NCBI RefSeq assembly: GCF_004102945.1 | Contig: NZ_CP019384.1 | Coordinates: 270,001 to 302,000 of the forward strand | Source of the DNA: Candidatus Velamenicoccus archaeovorus | GTDB taxonomy: Bacteria > Omnitrophota > Gorgyraeia > Velamenicoccales > Velamenicoccaceae | Direction of reading: 5' to 3' | Length of the DNA: 32,000 nt | Shown: piece after piece, positions 1 through 8,291 of the stretch | How the letters are laid out: every line of letters starts with the position of its first letter | How positions within the stretch are numbered: the first letter of the stretch is position 1 | The notes under the pieces: generated by a model | What the model saw: only the letters and a program-made list of their open reading frames with translations | Databases searched by the model: none | What the model was told of the DNA's origin: nothing | Made by a program: the position numbers and the translations under genes

Positions 1-950
1 ACCACATTCACCAAGCCTATATAGGGGATCTTGATGAGGAGCCTGGCCAAAAACCAGGTCAATAGCGACGTCTTGTAGACGATGACCATCGGTTTATTGA
101 GGATGGCCGTCTCGAGGGTCGCCGTTCCCGATGCGACAATGGCAAAGTCCGAGGCCTCCAGGCCGTTGTAGGTTTCGTTCTCCATGACCTTATACGGGAA
201 GTCTATATTGGCCGCATCGATCAGGTCTTTGACGATCTGACGTGGGATTGTCGGAGCGCGGCAGATGAGGAATTGCGCCTGCGGTTCTTTGCGGAAGATG
301 ATCTGCGCGCTTTTAAGCATGACAGGGAGGAGTTGTGTGACCTCTTTCATGCGCGAGCCCGGCAGGAGGGCGATGGTCCGGCCGGTCCGGCGCAGGCCGA
401 ATTCGTCCAGAAGCTCTTGCGCCGATTTCGTCGGTTTGATCGCGTCGAGGAGAGGGTGGCCCACGAACCTGACCTTGAAACCTCCCTCGACATGGCCGCC
501 GTAAAGGATCTCTTCGAACTTGAAGAGCACCAGCATCAGGTCGATGTGGCTGCGGATGAAGTCCACACGTTTTTTGCCCCACGCCCAGACCTGCGGGCTG
601 ATGAAGTAGATGATCTTGATGCCCCGTTTCTTGAGCTCCGCCGCGAGCTTCAGGTTGAAGCCCGGATAGTCGACCAGGATCGCCGCGTCAGGCCTGACGG
701 CATCTGTTTTTTTAAGAACGTCATAGAATATCCTGCGGAATTTCCAGTAGTTCTTGAGGATCTCGAAGAACCCCACGACCGCCAGTTTCGTCAGGTCCGT
801 CATGATCTCGGCGCCGGCATTCTTGAGCTTTTCGCCGCCCAGGCCGAAGGCGTAGAGGTCGGGATACTGTTTTTTGAGCTCTAAAAGGAGGTTCGAGGCG
901 TGAAGGTCTCCGGATGCTTCCCCGGCGATGATCAGGATTTTTTTAGGCAT
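1..950 (-). CDS. lpxB: Lipid-A-disaccharide synthase, C-terminus cut by the window edge
   Basis: Absent from the ORF track because it runs off the window. My reverse-strand translation from the ATG at complement(948..950) reads MPKKILIIAGEASGDLHASNLLLELKK...DYPGFNLKLAAELKKRGIKIIYFISPQVWAWGKKRV...ALLPGSRMKEV...IVASGTATLETAILNKPMVIVYK, with no stop down to base 1. These are the typical GT19 LpxB blocks. The + ORF 273..884 is its antisense shadow. Confidence 0.85.
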   Translation of the reverse strand, partial: MPKKILIIAGEASGDLHASNLLLELKKQYPDLYAFGLGGEKLKNAGAEIMTDLTKLAVVGFFEILKNYWKFRRIFYDVLKKTDAVRPDAAILVDYPGFNLKLAAELKKRGIKIIYFISPQVWAWGKKRVDFIRSHIDLMLVLFKFEEILYGGHVEGGFKVRFVGHPLLDAIKPTKSAQELLDEFGLRRTGRTIALLPGSRMKEVTQLLPVMLKSAQIIFRKEPQAQFLICRAPTIPRQIVKDLIDAANIDFPYKVMENETYNGLEASDFAIVASGTATLETAILNKPMVIVYKTSLLTWFLARLLIKIPYIGLVNV

Positions 951-969
951 GGTTTCTGTCGCGAGTGTT

Positions 970-1905
970 CTAGACGATCTTTGCCGCCCTGTGACGGATG
1001 ATGCGCGTGATCTTGGTGGCAAGTCTCAGGGCCTCGTAGGCTTCGATGCCGGAGACGACCGGCTGGCGGTGGTTGCGCACGCAGACGGTGAAAGATTCGA
1101 TCTCTTTTTTGATCGGTTCCTCTTTCTCGATGGGGATGGCGGTCTTGGTGATGGAGTGGTTCTCTTTTTTGTAGACAAAGGCCTCCTGGACCTGGTAGTC
1201 GAGCGAGATGTAGGTGTCCTTGAGGAAGATGCGGATCTTGCGCATGACCTCGTCGGAGATGCGCGAGGCCGTCAGGTTGACGATGCAGCCGTTTCTGAAA
1301 TGCAGGCGGACGTTGGCGATGTCCTCGAAAGGCGTCAGCACGTTGACGCCGACGGCGTCGATGTGTGTGATCTTCGACTGGATGAGCCCCAGGATGATGT
1401 CGATGTCGTGGATCATGAGGTCGAAGACCACGCCGATGTCCAGCGACCTGTTCGGGAAGGGACTGAGGCGGTGACATTCGATAAAGCGCGGCTGGTGCAC
1501 GATCTTCTGCGCCGCGATGAACGCGGAATTAAAGCGTTCCACATGGCCGACTTGAAGGATGACGCGGAACCTGCGGGCGAGGCGAATGAGCTTGCGCGCC
1601 TGGCGCAGGTCGTTCGTGATGGGTTTTTCGATCAGGACGTGCTTCTTGTGCGCGATCGCGAACTTCGCGACCTCAAAATGGGTGCTGGTGGGAGTGGCGA
1701 TGCTGACAATGTCGGCCTGGGGGATGAGTGTCTTGTAATCCGTGAAGGCCTGCGTGTGGTGTGTCTGTGCGAGTTGTTCGGCCCGGACGGCATCGATGTC
1801 GCAGACGCCGACGAGCCTGATGTAGGGGATCTCTGTGTACACACGCGTGTGGATGGACCCCAGCCGGCCGCAACCGATGACAGCTACCTTGAGTTCGTGA
1901 GGCAT
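970..1905 (-). CDS. Gfo/Idh/MocA-family NAD(P)-dependent oxidoreductase, lpx-cluster associated (a GnnA-like UDP-GlcNAc 3-dehydrogenase role is possible but unproven)
   Basis: ORF 970..1977 (-). It has the Rossmann N-terminus LKVAVIGCGRLGSIH and the HVLIEKP motif typical of the family. I moved the start to the ATG at complement(1903..1905) (MPHELKVAVIG) because the 24 upstream codons run through a repeat element. Confidence 0.8.
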   Translation of the reverse strand: MPHELKVAVIGCGRLGSIHTRVYTEIPYIRLVGVCDIDAVRAEQLAQTHHTQAFTDYKTLIPQADIVSIATPTSTHFEVAKFAIAHKKHVLIEKPITNDLRQARKLIRLARRFRVILQVGHVERFNSAFIAAQKIVHQPRFIECHRLSPFPNRSLDIGVVFDLMIHDIDIILGLIQSKITHIDAVGVNVLTPFEDIANVRLHFRNGCIVNLTASRISDEVMRKIRIFLKDTYISLDYQVQEAFVYKKENHSITKTAIPIEKEEPIKKEIESFTVCVRNHRQPVVSGIEAYEALRLATKITRIIRHRAAKIV

Positions 1906-1907
1906 TA

Positions 1908-2040
1908 AATGAGCAGACGATTTATGCCTGCCTGCCCTGTGGGCATGGCCCGCCAAGGCAGGGAGTTGTCGCCTCACCGCTTTAAGCGGAGAGATCGCTA
2001 CGACATAAGTCGCAGGCTTTAGCCGTCTGCGAATTAACCC
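1908..2040. repeat. Degenerate copy of the palindromic repeat family, with a nested inner hairpin and a GAATTAACCC tail
   Basis: aatgagcagacgatttatgcc...cctgcc..ggcaggg...gacataagtcgc...ccgtctgcgaattaaccc. The outer stem is gcagacg/cgtctgc. It aligns module by module with 5205..5300. On the - strand it reads gctcatttaATG, directly abutting the oxidoreductase start codon. Confidence 0.6.
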
Positions 2041-2065
2041 GCCACTAATGCTTCGGCGGGTGATG

Positions 2066-2126
2066 TTCGGCCATTAAGTTAGGTCGCTGGGTGGTATTTT
2101 GATTGCTCCCTAACTTAAGGCCTCAC
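2066..2126. repeat. Palindromic repeat family copy (variant arms)
   Basis: ttcGGCCaTTAAGTTAGG - 25-nt loop - CCTAACTTAAGGCCtcac. This is a 14-bp stem with one bulge. It has the same ttcGGCC...GGCCtca frame as the other copies. Confidence 0.6.
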
Positions 2127-2278
2127 ATCATAACAAATATCTTGTGGGATGTCAATAAGTGTGATAATATAAAAAACCCTTACCGGGTATATGATTAGGG
2201 AAAATCTTTCAGGGGAGACAGTCCCAAGAGAAAACAGGAAGCCCAATAATCGTAATAACTTATATTTAAAGGAGTTTT

Positions 2279-4090
2279 GTGCCTAAGCAAAAGAAGCGTT
2301 TATTTCAGGATTATTACGATTTGTTCGCTTTTACCCGTCCGCAACTCGGTCTGTTGGGCTGGGCTGTCCTCTGCATGATGATCTCGACCATTTTTGACGG
2401 CGTCTCGATGAGCATGATCGTGCCGTTTTCCGACAAGATCCTTTCCAACGGCAAGATCATTGTTCCCGGCAAGCTGCCCGCCTTTGCCGAACAGTTTATC
2501 GCCAAGCTCAACAGTATGTCGCAACTCAGCCTTCTTTACTACATGGCGGGATTCCTGGTCGTCATGTTCCTTCTCAAGGGCCTTTTTACCTATCTCCAGG
2601 GGATGCTCATGTCGGATGTCGGCCAGCGCGTCATGCGCGACATGCGGATCATACTTTATAAGAAGTATCAGGCCCTTGATCTCGAGTATTTCACCCGCAA
2701 GCGTTCGGGCGAGCTGATCTCGCGCATCACCAACGACGTCGGGAACGTCGAGAACGCCGTTTCGTACGGGTTCACGGACCTGGTGTATCAGACGCTGCAG
2801 ATCGTCCTTTTTTCGGCGATCGTCCTGTTGATTTATTGGCGGCTGGCGATCGTGGCCATCCTGATGGTCCCGTTCATTTCCATCCCGATCGTCCTGGTGG
2901 GCAAAAAACTTCGCAAGATCAGCACGTCTACCCAGGAGAAGGTCGCGGATATCAATTCCTTGCTTATTGAGACGATCTCCGGCGTCAGGATCGTCAGGGC
3001 TTTCGGCGCGGAAAATCACGAAGTCGATAAATACAGCCGCCAAAACCAGGATTTTTATAAGCTCAACATGAAATCCATCAGGCGCACCCTGGCCCTGGGG
3101 CCGGCCACGGAGTTTATCGGCGTCCTGGGGGGTGTGGCCATTCTATTGTATATCGGCCGTCAGGTCATAGACGGTGTTTTGTCTTTCGGCGTCTTCGGCC
3201 TCTTTCTGGGGTCGGTCATGATGATGATCCGGCCGTTCAAGAAACTGAGTGCGGTCAATGCCATCATGCAAAAGGCCTTTGCCGCCTCGACAAGGATCTA
3301 TGATGTCTTGAAGATCGAACCAAAGATCAAGTCCGAGCCCGATGCCTGGGAAATCAAGGAGATCCGCGATCAGGTGGAGCTGCGGGGTGTCTGGTTCCGT
3401 TATGAAGAGGCCGAAGTGCTCAAGGACATCAGCGTCAGATGCCGCAAGGGCGAAGTGGTGGCTTTGGTGGGCGCCAGCGGCGCCGGAAAGAGCACACTGG
3501 TGGACCTGATCCCGCGTTTCTACGATCCACAGAAGGGCGGCGTCTATATCGACGGCAGGGACATCCGTACGCTCAACGTTAACTCCTTGAGAGGGTTGAT
3601 CGGTATGGTGACGCAGGAGACCATCCTGTTCAATGATTCCGTGAAAGATAACATCTCTTACGGCAAGCCGGGGGCGGGTTACGACGAAATTGTCGATGCG
3701 GCCAAAAAGGCGTTTGCGCACGAGTTTATCCTGAATCTGCCGCAGGGCTACGACACCTATATCGGCGACAGGGGCGTTAAGCTTTCCGGAGGCGAGCGCC
3801 AGCGCCTGGCCATTGCCCGCGCCATCCTGAAAAATCCGCCCATCCTGATCCTGGATGAAGCGACCTCCCAGCTGGATTCCCAGGCCGAGCGGCTTGTCCA
3901 GGGAGCGCTGGATACGCTGATGGCCGGCCGGACTGTTTTTGTGATCGCCCACAGGCTCTCTACGGTCAAGAATGCGACAAAAATCGTTGTTTTGCAGGAA
4001 GGCCGGATCGTGGAAGAGGGGCGCCACGAGGAACTCCTGGAAAGAGGGGGCGTCTATAAGCGTCTCTATGACTTACAATTCCAAGCGTAA
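2279..4090 (+). CDS. msbA: ABC exporter, fused permease/ATPase, probable lipid A flippase
   Basis: 603-aa ORF with an N-terminal 6-TM ABC exporter domain, Walker A GASGAGKST, signature LSGGERQR and Walker B ILILDEATS. GTG start 4 nt after an AAGGAG SD. Divergent from the lpxB cluster. The MsbA assignment rests on context plus family. Confidence 0.8.
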   Translation: MPKQKKRLFQDYYDLFAFTRPQLGLLGWAVLCMMISTIFDGVSMSMIVPFSDKILSNGKIIVPGKLPAFAEQFIAKLNSMSQLSLLYYMAGFLVVMFLLKGLFTYLQGMLMSDVGQRVMRDMRIILYKKYQALDLEYFTRKRSGELISRITNDVGNVENAVSYGFTDLVYQTLQIVLFSAIVLLIYWRLAIVAILMVPFISIPIVLVGKKLRKISTSTQEKVADINSLLIETISGVRIVRAFGAENHEVDKYSRQNQDFYKLNMKSIRRTLALGPATEFIGVLGGVAILLYIGRQVIDGVLSFGVFGLFLGSVMMMIRPFKKLSAVNAIMQKAFAASTRIYDVLKIEPKIKSEPDAWEIKEIRDQVELRGVWFRYEEAEVLKDISVRCRKGEVVALVGASGAGKSTLVDLIPRFYDPQKGGVYIDGRDIRTLNVNSLRGLIGMVTQETILFNDSVKDNISYGKPGAGYDEIVDAAKKAFAHEFILNLPQGYDTYIGDRGVKLSGGERQRLAIARAILKNPPILILDEATSQLDSQAERLVQGALDTLMAGRTVFVIAHRLSTVKNATKIVVLQEGRIVEEGRHEELLERGGVYKRLYDLQFQA

Positions 4091-4225
4091 CAGCCGCCGC
4101 CAGGGGGATCCGCAGGAAATATCCATTGTCTGAAGATTTCATCGAAGCAGATCGGTGTCGTTCCGACCCGAAACGAGTGCCTCGTTGCTGTCGAAGCCGC
4201 AAGGCCGCCGTCGTTAAAAAATTAT

Positions 4226-4253
4226 TTGAATTCAAAAGCTCTTGTGTTATATT
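4226..4253 (+). promoter_or_regulatory. Candidate sigma70 promoter for rpsB
   Basis: TTGAAT (4226..4231), 16-nt spacer, TGtTATATT extended -10 (TATATT 4248..4253), about 84 nt upstream of the rpsB start. Confidence 0.4.
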
Positions 4254-4336
4254 ATGTGGGTTTAAGTTAAGCATAAATCAAGGATTGGGAAGGTATCGGA
4301 AAGACGCATATAAGGTAAGGAAAGGAGAAACAGACA

Positions 4337-5206
4337 TTGACTACCACAGAACTCATCAAACAATTGCTTGAAGCGGGGGTCCATTTCGGCCACCAGACCA
4401 GGCGCTGGAACCCGAAGATGAAGAATTATATCTTCGGTGAAAAGAGCGGCATCTACATCATCGATCTCCAGAAGACGGAGGTGTTTCTCAATGAGGCTCG
4501 GGAATTCATTTCCGAGATGGTGGCCCAGGGCAAGCCGGTCCTTTTTGTCGGAACCAAGAAGCAGGCCCAAGAGGTCATTGAGGAAGAGGCGAAGCGGTGC
4601 GGGGCGTTTTACGTGAATCACCGCTGGCTGGGGGGGCTCCTGACGAACTTTCAGACCATCAAGAAGAGCATCCGCCGTTACAAAGAGATCGAACAGATGG
4701 AAAAAGACGGCATCTTCGAGAGTTTGACGAAAAAGGAGATCGCCGCGCTCACAAAAGAACGCGAGAAGCTCGTCAAGAATCTGTCGGGCGTCATCGAAAT
4801 GGACAGGCTTCCCGGCGCCATCTTTGTCGTCGATTCAAAAAAGGAAGAGACGGCGGTGCTGGAGGCCAAGAGGCTGGGCATCCCGATCGTGGCCCTGATC
4901 GATACGAACTGCGATCCCGATCTGATCACGCATCCGATCCCCGGCAATGACGACGCGATCAAATCGATCCGTCTGGTGAGCAAATTCATGGCCGACAGCG
5001 TCCTGGATGGCCGCAAGCGTTTTGACGAAGTCAAGGCGGCCATGAAACTGAAGGAAGCGGAGACGGAAGAGGCGGGAGAGGCAGAGACGACCGCATCCAG
5101 CGTGATCGAGGCCGAAGAAGAGGTGATCAAGAAGCTGGCTATCGACCAGGAAGGGGCGGGGAAAGAAAAGGCCCCTAAGGCGAAAAAGGGGAGAGAGAAA
5201 GATTAA
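4337..5206 (+). CDS. rpsB: 30S ribosomal protein S2
   Basis: The sequence [47 protein letters not shown] is a canonical S2 N-terminus. TTG start 9 nt after an AAAGGAG SD. Acidic/lysine-rich C-terminal tail. Confidence 0.95.
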   Translation: MTTTELIKQLLEAGVHFGHQTRRWNPKMKNYIFGEKSGIYIIDLQKTEVFLNEAREFISEMVAQGKPVLFVGTKKQAQEVIEEEAKRCGAFYVNHRWLGGLLTNFQTIKKSIRRYKEIEQMEKDGIFESLTKKEIAALTKEREKLVKNLSGVIEMDRLPGAIFVVDSKKEETAVLEAKRLGIPIVALIDTNCDPDLITHPIPGNDDAIKSIRLVSKFMADSVLDGRKRFDEVKAAMKLKEAETEEAGEAETTASSVIEAEEEVIKKLAIDQEGAGKEKAPKAKKGREKD

Positions 5207-5295
5207 TGAGGCCGCAACTTATGCCTGCCTTGCGGGCGTAGCCCGCGAAGGCAGGGAACGAGCGAAGCGAATGGCATAAGTTGCATGGCCGAATT
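5205..5295. repeat. Palindromic repeat family copy (inverted orientation), overlapping the rpsB stop codon
   Basis: AATGAGGCC-GCAACTTATGCC-[inner hairpin cctgccttgcgggc gta gcccgcgaaggcagg]-GGCATAAGTTGC-atGGCCGAATT. The outer stem is a perfect 12 bp. The first two bases are part of the rpsB TAA (5204..5206). Confidence 0.7.
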
Positions 5296-5409
5296 AACCC
5301 AGCACCAATTTTACTGAAGGCCTGGAGGCCGGCAAGCCGGTCGGTGTTGGGATAAATCGTTTTTTGTTAAGTAATGCTCAGCGGTAAAATTAGTGCTGGG
5401 TTTAATTCG
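5290..5409. repeat. Long inverted repeat (about 22-bp arms) enclosing about 73 nt
   Basis: Left arm cgaattaacccagcaccaatttt (5290..5312), right arm aaaattagtgctgggtttaattcg (5386..5409), with one indel and one mismatch. The GAATTAACCC(R)(S)CAC(Y)AAT motif also occurs at 2031..2049. Confidence 0.65.
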
Positions 5410-5501
5410 CGGACGCACCGATATTTTGTCGCTGTTACAATTTACGCTCGCTTGTGTTATTCGCTTCGCGTAAATTGTCCGCTCATTAAAGGAGTCGTGC
5501 A

Positions 5502-6041
5502 ATGGCTGTTTCGATAGAGATCATCAAAGAGTTGAGGGAGTTGACGTCGGCGTCGGTTTCGGACTGCAAGAAAGCCCTGGATGACGCCAAGGGCGACATC
5601 AAGAAGGCCTCGGAATTGCTTAAGCAGCGGGGGCTGGAGATCGCCGCCAAAAAGGCGTCGCGCGCGGCCAACCAGGGCCGTATCGAGGCCTATGTGCATA
5701 CAGGCAACAAGATCGGTGTCATGGTCGAGATCAACTGCGAGACGGATTTCGTCGCCCGCAACGAGGAGTTCGCCCGTTTTGCCAAGGATATCGCCATGCA
5801 GGTGGCGGCGACGGACCCGCAGTGCCTGAAGCGCGAGGATGTCCCGGCGGATGAGATCAAGGATTTGAACGACGCGCAGAAGGAAGATTTCTTCAAAGTC
5901 CGCTGTCTGATGGACCAACCCTTCATCAAGGACCCGAAACAATCGGTCAAGGATTATCTGACGGCGACGGTGGCCAAGATCGGCGAGAACATCGTGATCC
6001 GCCGGTATTGCCGCTTTAAACTGGGCGAAGATGAGAAATAA
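5502..6041 (+). CDS. tsf: Elongation factor Ts (short form, 179 aa)
   Basis: The N-terminus [37 protein letters not shown] is the UBA-like EF-Ts N-terminus, followed by [25 protein letters not shown] upstream. Confidence 0.9.
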   Translation: MAVSIEIIKELRELTSASVSDCKKALDDAKGDIKKASELLKQRGLEIAAKKASRAANQGRIEAYVHTGNKIGVMVEINCETDFVARNEEFARFAKDIAMQVAATDPQCLKREDVPADEIKDLNDAQKEDFFKVRCLMDQPFIKDPKQSVKDYLTATVAKIGENIVIRRYCRFKLGEDEK

Positions 6042-6750
6042 ACCCGTTTACAAGCGCGTGGTCCTCAAATTGAGCGGCGAGGCCCTGCAGGGCCGCCAGG
6101 CCCACGGCATCGACGCTTCCATCCTGGATTCCCTGGCGGAGCAGATCGCCGAGATCCGGCGCATGGGCGTGGAAGTCGCCGTGGTTTTGGGCGGAGGCAA
6201 CATTTTCCGCGGGCAGTCCGGCACGACGCGCTACAAGATCGAGCGGGCGGTCGGCGATTACATGGGGATGCTGGCGACCGTCATCAACGGCCTGGCATTT
6301 CAGGATGCCCTGGAGAAAAAGGACGTGGCCACGCGCGTCATGACCGCGATCGAGATGCACCAGATCGCCGAGCCGTATATCCGCCGCCGGGCCATCCGGC
6401 ATCTGGAACAGGGACGCGTCATCATCTTTGTCGCCGGGACGGGGAACCCTTATTTTACGACCGATACGGCCGCCGCACTGCGGGCCATGGAGATCAATGC
6501 CGACGCGATCCTGAAGGCGACGAAAGTCGACGGCGTCTATTCGGACGATCCCATGAAAAACAAGAAGGCCAAAAAATTCGCGTCCTTGAAATATATGGAC
6601 GTCTTGAACAAAAAATTGAAGGTGATGGATGCAACGGCCGTCAGCCTTTGCATGGATAACTATCTGCCCATCGTCGTTTTCGACCAGACGAAGTCTGGCA
6701 ATATCAAGAAGATCATCTTGGGTGAGAAGATAGGGACAGTTGTTAATTAA
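6031..6750 (+). CDS. pyrH: UMP kinase
   Basis: [12 protein letters not shown]...[11 protein letters not shown]...[20 protein letters not shown] are canonical PyrH motifs. The start overlaps the tsf end by 11 nt. Confidence 0.95.
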   Translation: MRNKPVYKRVVLKLSGEALQGRQAHGIDASILDSLAEQIAEIRRMGVEVAVVLGGGNIFRGQSGTTRYKIERAVGDYMGMLATVINGLAFQDALEKKDVATRVMTAIEMHQIAEPYIRRRAIRHLEQGRVIIFVAGTGNPYFTTDTAAALRAMEINADAILKATKVDGVYSDDPMKNKKAKKFASLKYMDVLNKKLKVMDATAVSLCMDNYLPIVVFDQTKSGNIKKIILGEKIGTVVN

Positions 6751-6751
6751 T

Positions 6752-6847
6752 AAACCCTAAGCAAACCCAAGACTCAAAATATCATACTGTTTATCTTTTT
6801 TGACTTTTGAGTTTATCTTTTTGTTTAGGATTTAGAGCTTAGGGTTT
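6752..6847. repeat. Large imperfect palindrome with an internal 12-nt direct repeat in the pyrH-frr spacer
   Basis: Outer arms aaaccctaagc (6752..6762) / gcttagggttt (6837..6847). Inner arms actcaaaa (6772..6779) / ttttgagt (6805..6812). The direct repeat gtttatcttttt occurs at 6789..6800 and 6811..6822. Confidence 0.6.
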
Positions 6848-6864
6848 GGGGTTTACGCAGGGGG

Positions 6865-7431
6865 GTGTCTATGGGGACGCGCGACATCGTCAAGGATGCA
6901 GAGAGCAAGATGAAGAAGGCCATTGAGGCGGCACGGCGCAATTTCGCGGAGATCCGCACGGGCCGGGCCTCTCCGCACTTGGTCGAAGGCCTGCACGTGG
7001 ATTATTACGGGACCCCGACGGTCCTGAAGTCTTTGGCGTCCATCACGGTGCCGGATGCGCGCCTGATCGTGATCCAGCCGTGGGACGCAACGGTCATCCC
7101 CGAGATCGAAAAAGCCATTTCGAAATCGAACCTTGGGATCACGCCTTTCAACGACGGCAAGCTGGTCCGTCTGCAGATCCCGCAGTTGACGCAGGAACGC
7201 CGCGAAGAGTTGAAAAAGGTGGTCAAGACGATGGCCGAAGAAGGGCGCATTTCCCTGCGGACGATCCGCCGGGACGCCAATGATGCCGTCAAGAAACTGG
7301 AGACCGACAAGGTCATACCGGAAGATGAGCGTTTCCGTTCCCAGGATGAAATTCAGAAGATCACGGATAAATGCATGGCCGATCTCGAGAATATCCTGAA
7401 AGATAAAGAGAAAGAATTAACGGAAGTATAG
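6865..7431 (+). CDS. frr: Ribosome recycling factor
   Basis: KMKKAIEAARRNFAEIRTGRASPHLVEGLHVDYYGTPTVLKSLASI...RREELKK is typical Frr. GTG start at 6865, with an alternative ATG at 6871. Confidence 0.93.
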   Translation: MSMGTRDIVKDAESKMKKAIEAARRNFAEIRTGRASPHLVEGLHVDYYGTPTVLKSLASITVPDARLIVIQPWDATVIPEIEKAISKSNLGITPFNDGKLVRLQIPQLTQERREELKKVVKTMAEEGRISLRTIRRDANDAVKKLETDKVIPEDERFRSQDEIQKITDKCMADLENILKDKEKELTEV

Positions 7432-7512
7432 ATTGAGGCCGCCCCTCGCGACCAGGGTTTTTGACGGTCACTCGGGACTGGTCCCTGACGAACAACGTGA
7501 GTTTTACGGGCC

Positions 7513-7536
7513 GCCCTTCGCAGAGCGAAGGGCTTT
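7513..7536 (+). terminator. Candidate intrinsic terminator after frr
   Basis: gcccttcgc aga gcgaagggc: a perfect 9-bp GC-rich stem with a 3-nt loop, followed by only TTT. Confidence 0.4.
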
Positions 7537-7603
7537 GCTCAGGACGTAAACATTTTGGAATAACCTCGATGTGTCCAGAGGACACAAACAGAGGTACAAC
7601 CTT

Positions 7604-7680
7604 GGGCCGCTAGCTTCCGCCACGAGACGTGGCGGACCCGCCAAGAACTTTGGCGGGCAATCTTTGAGGTGCCTAGCGGC
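7604..7680 (+). other. tRNA-Lys-derived, tRNA-sized three-way-junction element (pseudo-tRNA or tRNA-like RNA)
   Basis: Bases 7604..7615 (gggccgctagct) are identical to the first 12 nt of tRNA-Lys. The closing helix is GCCGCTAG (7606..7613) / CTAGCGGC (7673..7680). Hairpin 1 is ccgccacg-aga-cgtggcgg (7617..7635). Hairpin 2 is cccgccaa-gaact-ttggcggg (7637..7657). Both hairpin stems reuse the CCGCC/GGCGG anticodon stem of tRNA-Lys. Confidence 0.5.
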
Positions 7681-7695
7681 TGGATCGAAAATTTC

Positions 7696-7771
7696 GGGCC
7701 GCTAGCTCATTTGGTAGAGCACCGCCCTTTTAAGGCGGGTGTGCCGCGTTCGAGCCGCGGGCGGCTCACCA
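7696..7771 (+). tRNA. tRNA-Lys (anticodon UUU), CCA encoded
   Basis: Manual cloverleaf: acceptor GGGCCGC/GCGGCTC, D arm GCTC-ATTTGGTA-GAGC, anticodon arm CCGCC-CTTTTAA-GGCGG, T arm CCGCG-TTCGAGC-CGCGG, discriminator A, CCA. Confidence 0.92.
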
Positions 7772-7966
7772 TTTGATTTTTGACAATTGCTTCGATTTTT
7801 GCGGCGAGAACGCAAAGGGGTGCGGGGGAAAAGTTCCCCCGCGCTTTCGGGGCAACAGAAGCGAAGCCGCGCAAGCGGATGAGCCCGCCATAGGGGCAGG
7901 GCCCCTTTGGGGAGCGACCGAGCTGCCTGCTCATTAATGTGCGATAAGCAGGCACGCGAGGAGCGA

Positions 7967-7993
7967 CGCGTTCCAGCCGCGGCCGGCTCACCA
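7967..7993 (+). repeat. Orphan copy of the tRNA-Lys 3' end (T arm, acceptor 3' strand, ACCA)
   Basis: cgcgttccagccgcggccggctcacca versus tRNA-Lys 7745..7771 cgcgttcgagccgcgggcggctcacca: 25/27 identical by manual alignment. No matching 5' half lies immediately upstream. Confidence 0.7.
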
Positions 7994-8207
7994 AATTTTC
8001 TTTGAAAAATTTGACAAGCCGGCTTTGATGCCGTGGACGTGACGCCTTCCGACACAACGTCGGCGGGCGGCCTCAGCTAATGCGCCGGCGGCCGTGCGCC
8101 CATGTTCCAGTAGAGTACATCCGTCAGGGAAATGGTGGTGGCGGATTATTCGTTCCTTGCGGGTCCTTCCGCAAGGGCGGCAGGCAGTATTGCCCCGTAA
8201 AAATTTT

Positions 8208-8291
8208 GCCGTGGTGGCGGAATTGGCATACGCGTTAGGCTTAGGACCTAATGTCCGCAAGGACTTGAGAGTTCGAGTCTCTCCCGCGGCA
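8208..8291 (+). tRNA. tRNA-Leu (anticodon UAG), long variable arm, CCA not encoded
   Basis: Acceptor GCCGTGG/CCGCGGC, TGGCGGAATTGGCATACGCG D region (very like E. coli tRNA-Leu), anticodon arm TTAGG-CTTAGGA-CCTAA, variable arm tgtccgcaaggactt, T arm GAGAG-TTCGAGT-CTCTC. Confidence 0.9.

Noticed and set aside
273-1908. Long + strand ORFs 273..884 (203 aa) and 928..1908 (326 aa)
   Set aside because: They lie antisense to clearly homologous lpxB and the Gfo/Idh/MocA oxidoreductase. Their products are Asp/Arg/Val/Gly-rich low-complexity strings, typical of shadow frames in GC3-rich genes.
970-1977. N-terminal 24-codon extension of the oxidoreductase (MRRQLPALAGHAHRAGRHKSSAHL)
   Set aside because: The extension is translated from the palindromic repeat element and is Arg/Ala/His-rich. 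Family homology, including the Rossmann fold, starts at MPHELKVAVIG.
7801-7993. tmRNA (ssrA), intron-containing tRNA or RNase P RNA ending at the orphan T-arm/ACCA fragment
   Set aside because: - No 5' strand complements the CCGGCTC acceptor 3' strand.
- There is no GGGGCUGA-type 5' end and no tag-peptide reading frame ending in an ALAA-like sequence.
- At 193 nt it is too short for tmRNA or a group I intron.
- No RNase P GAGGAAAGUCC block is present.
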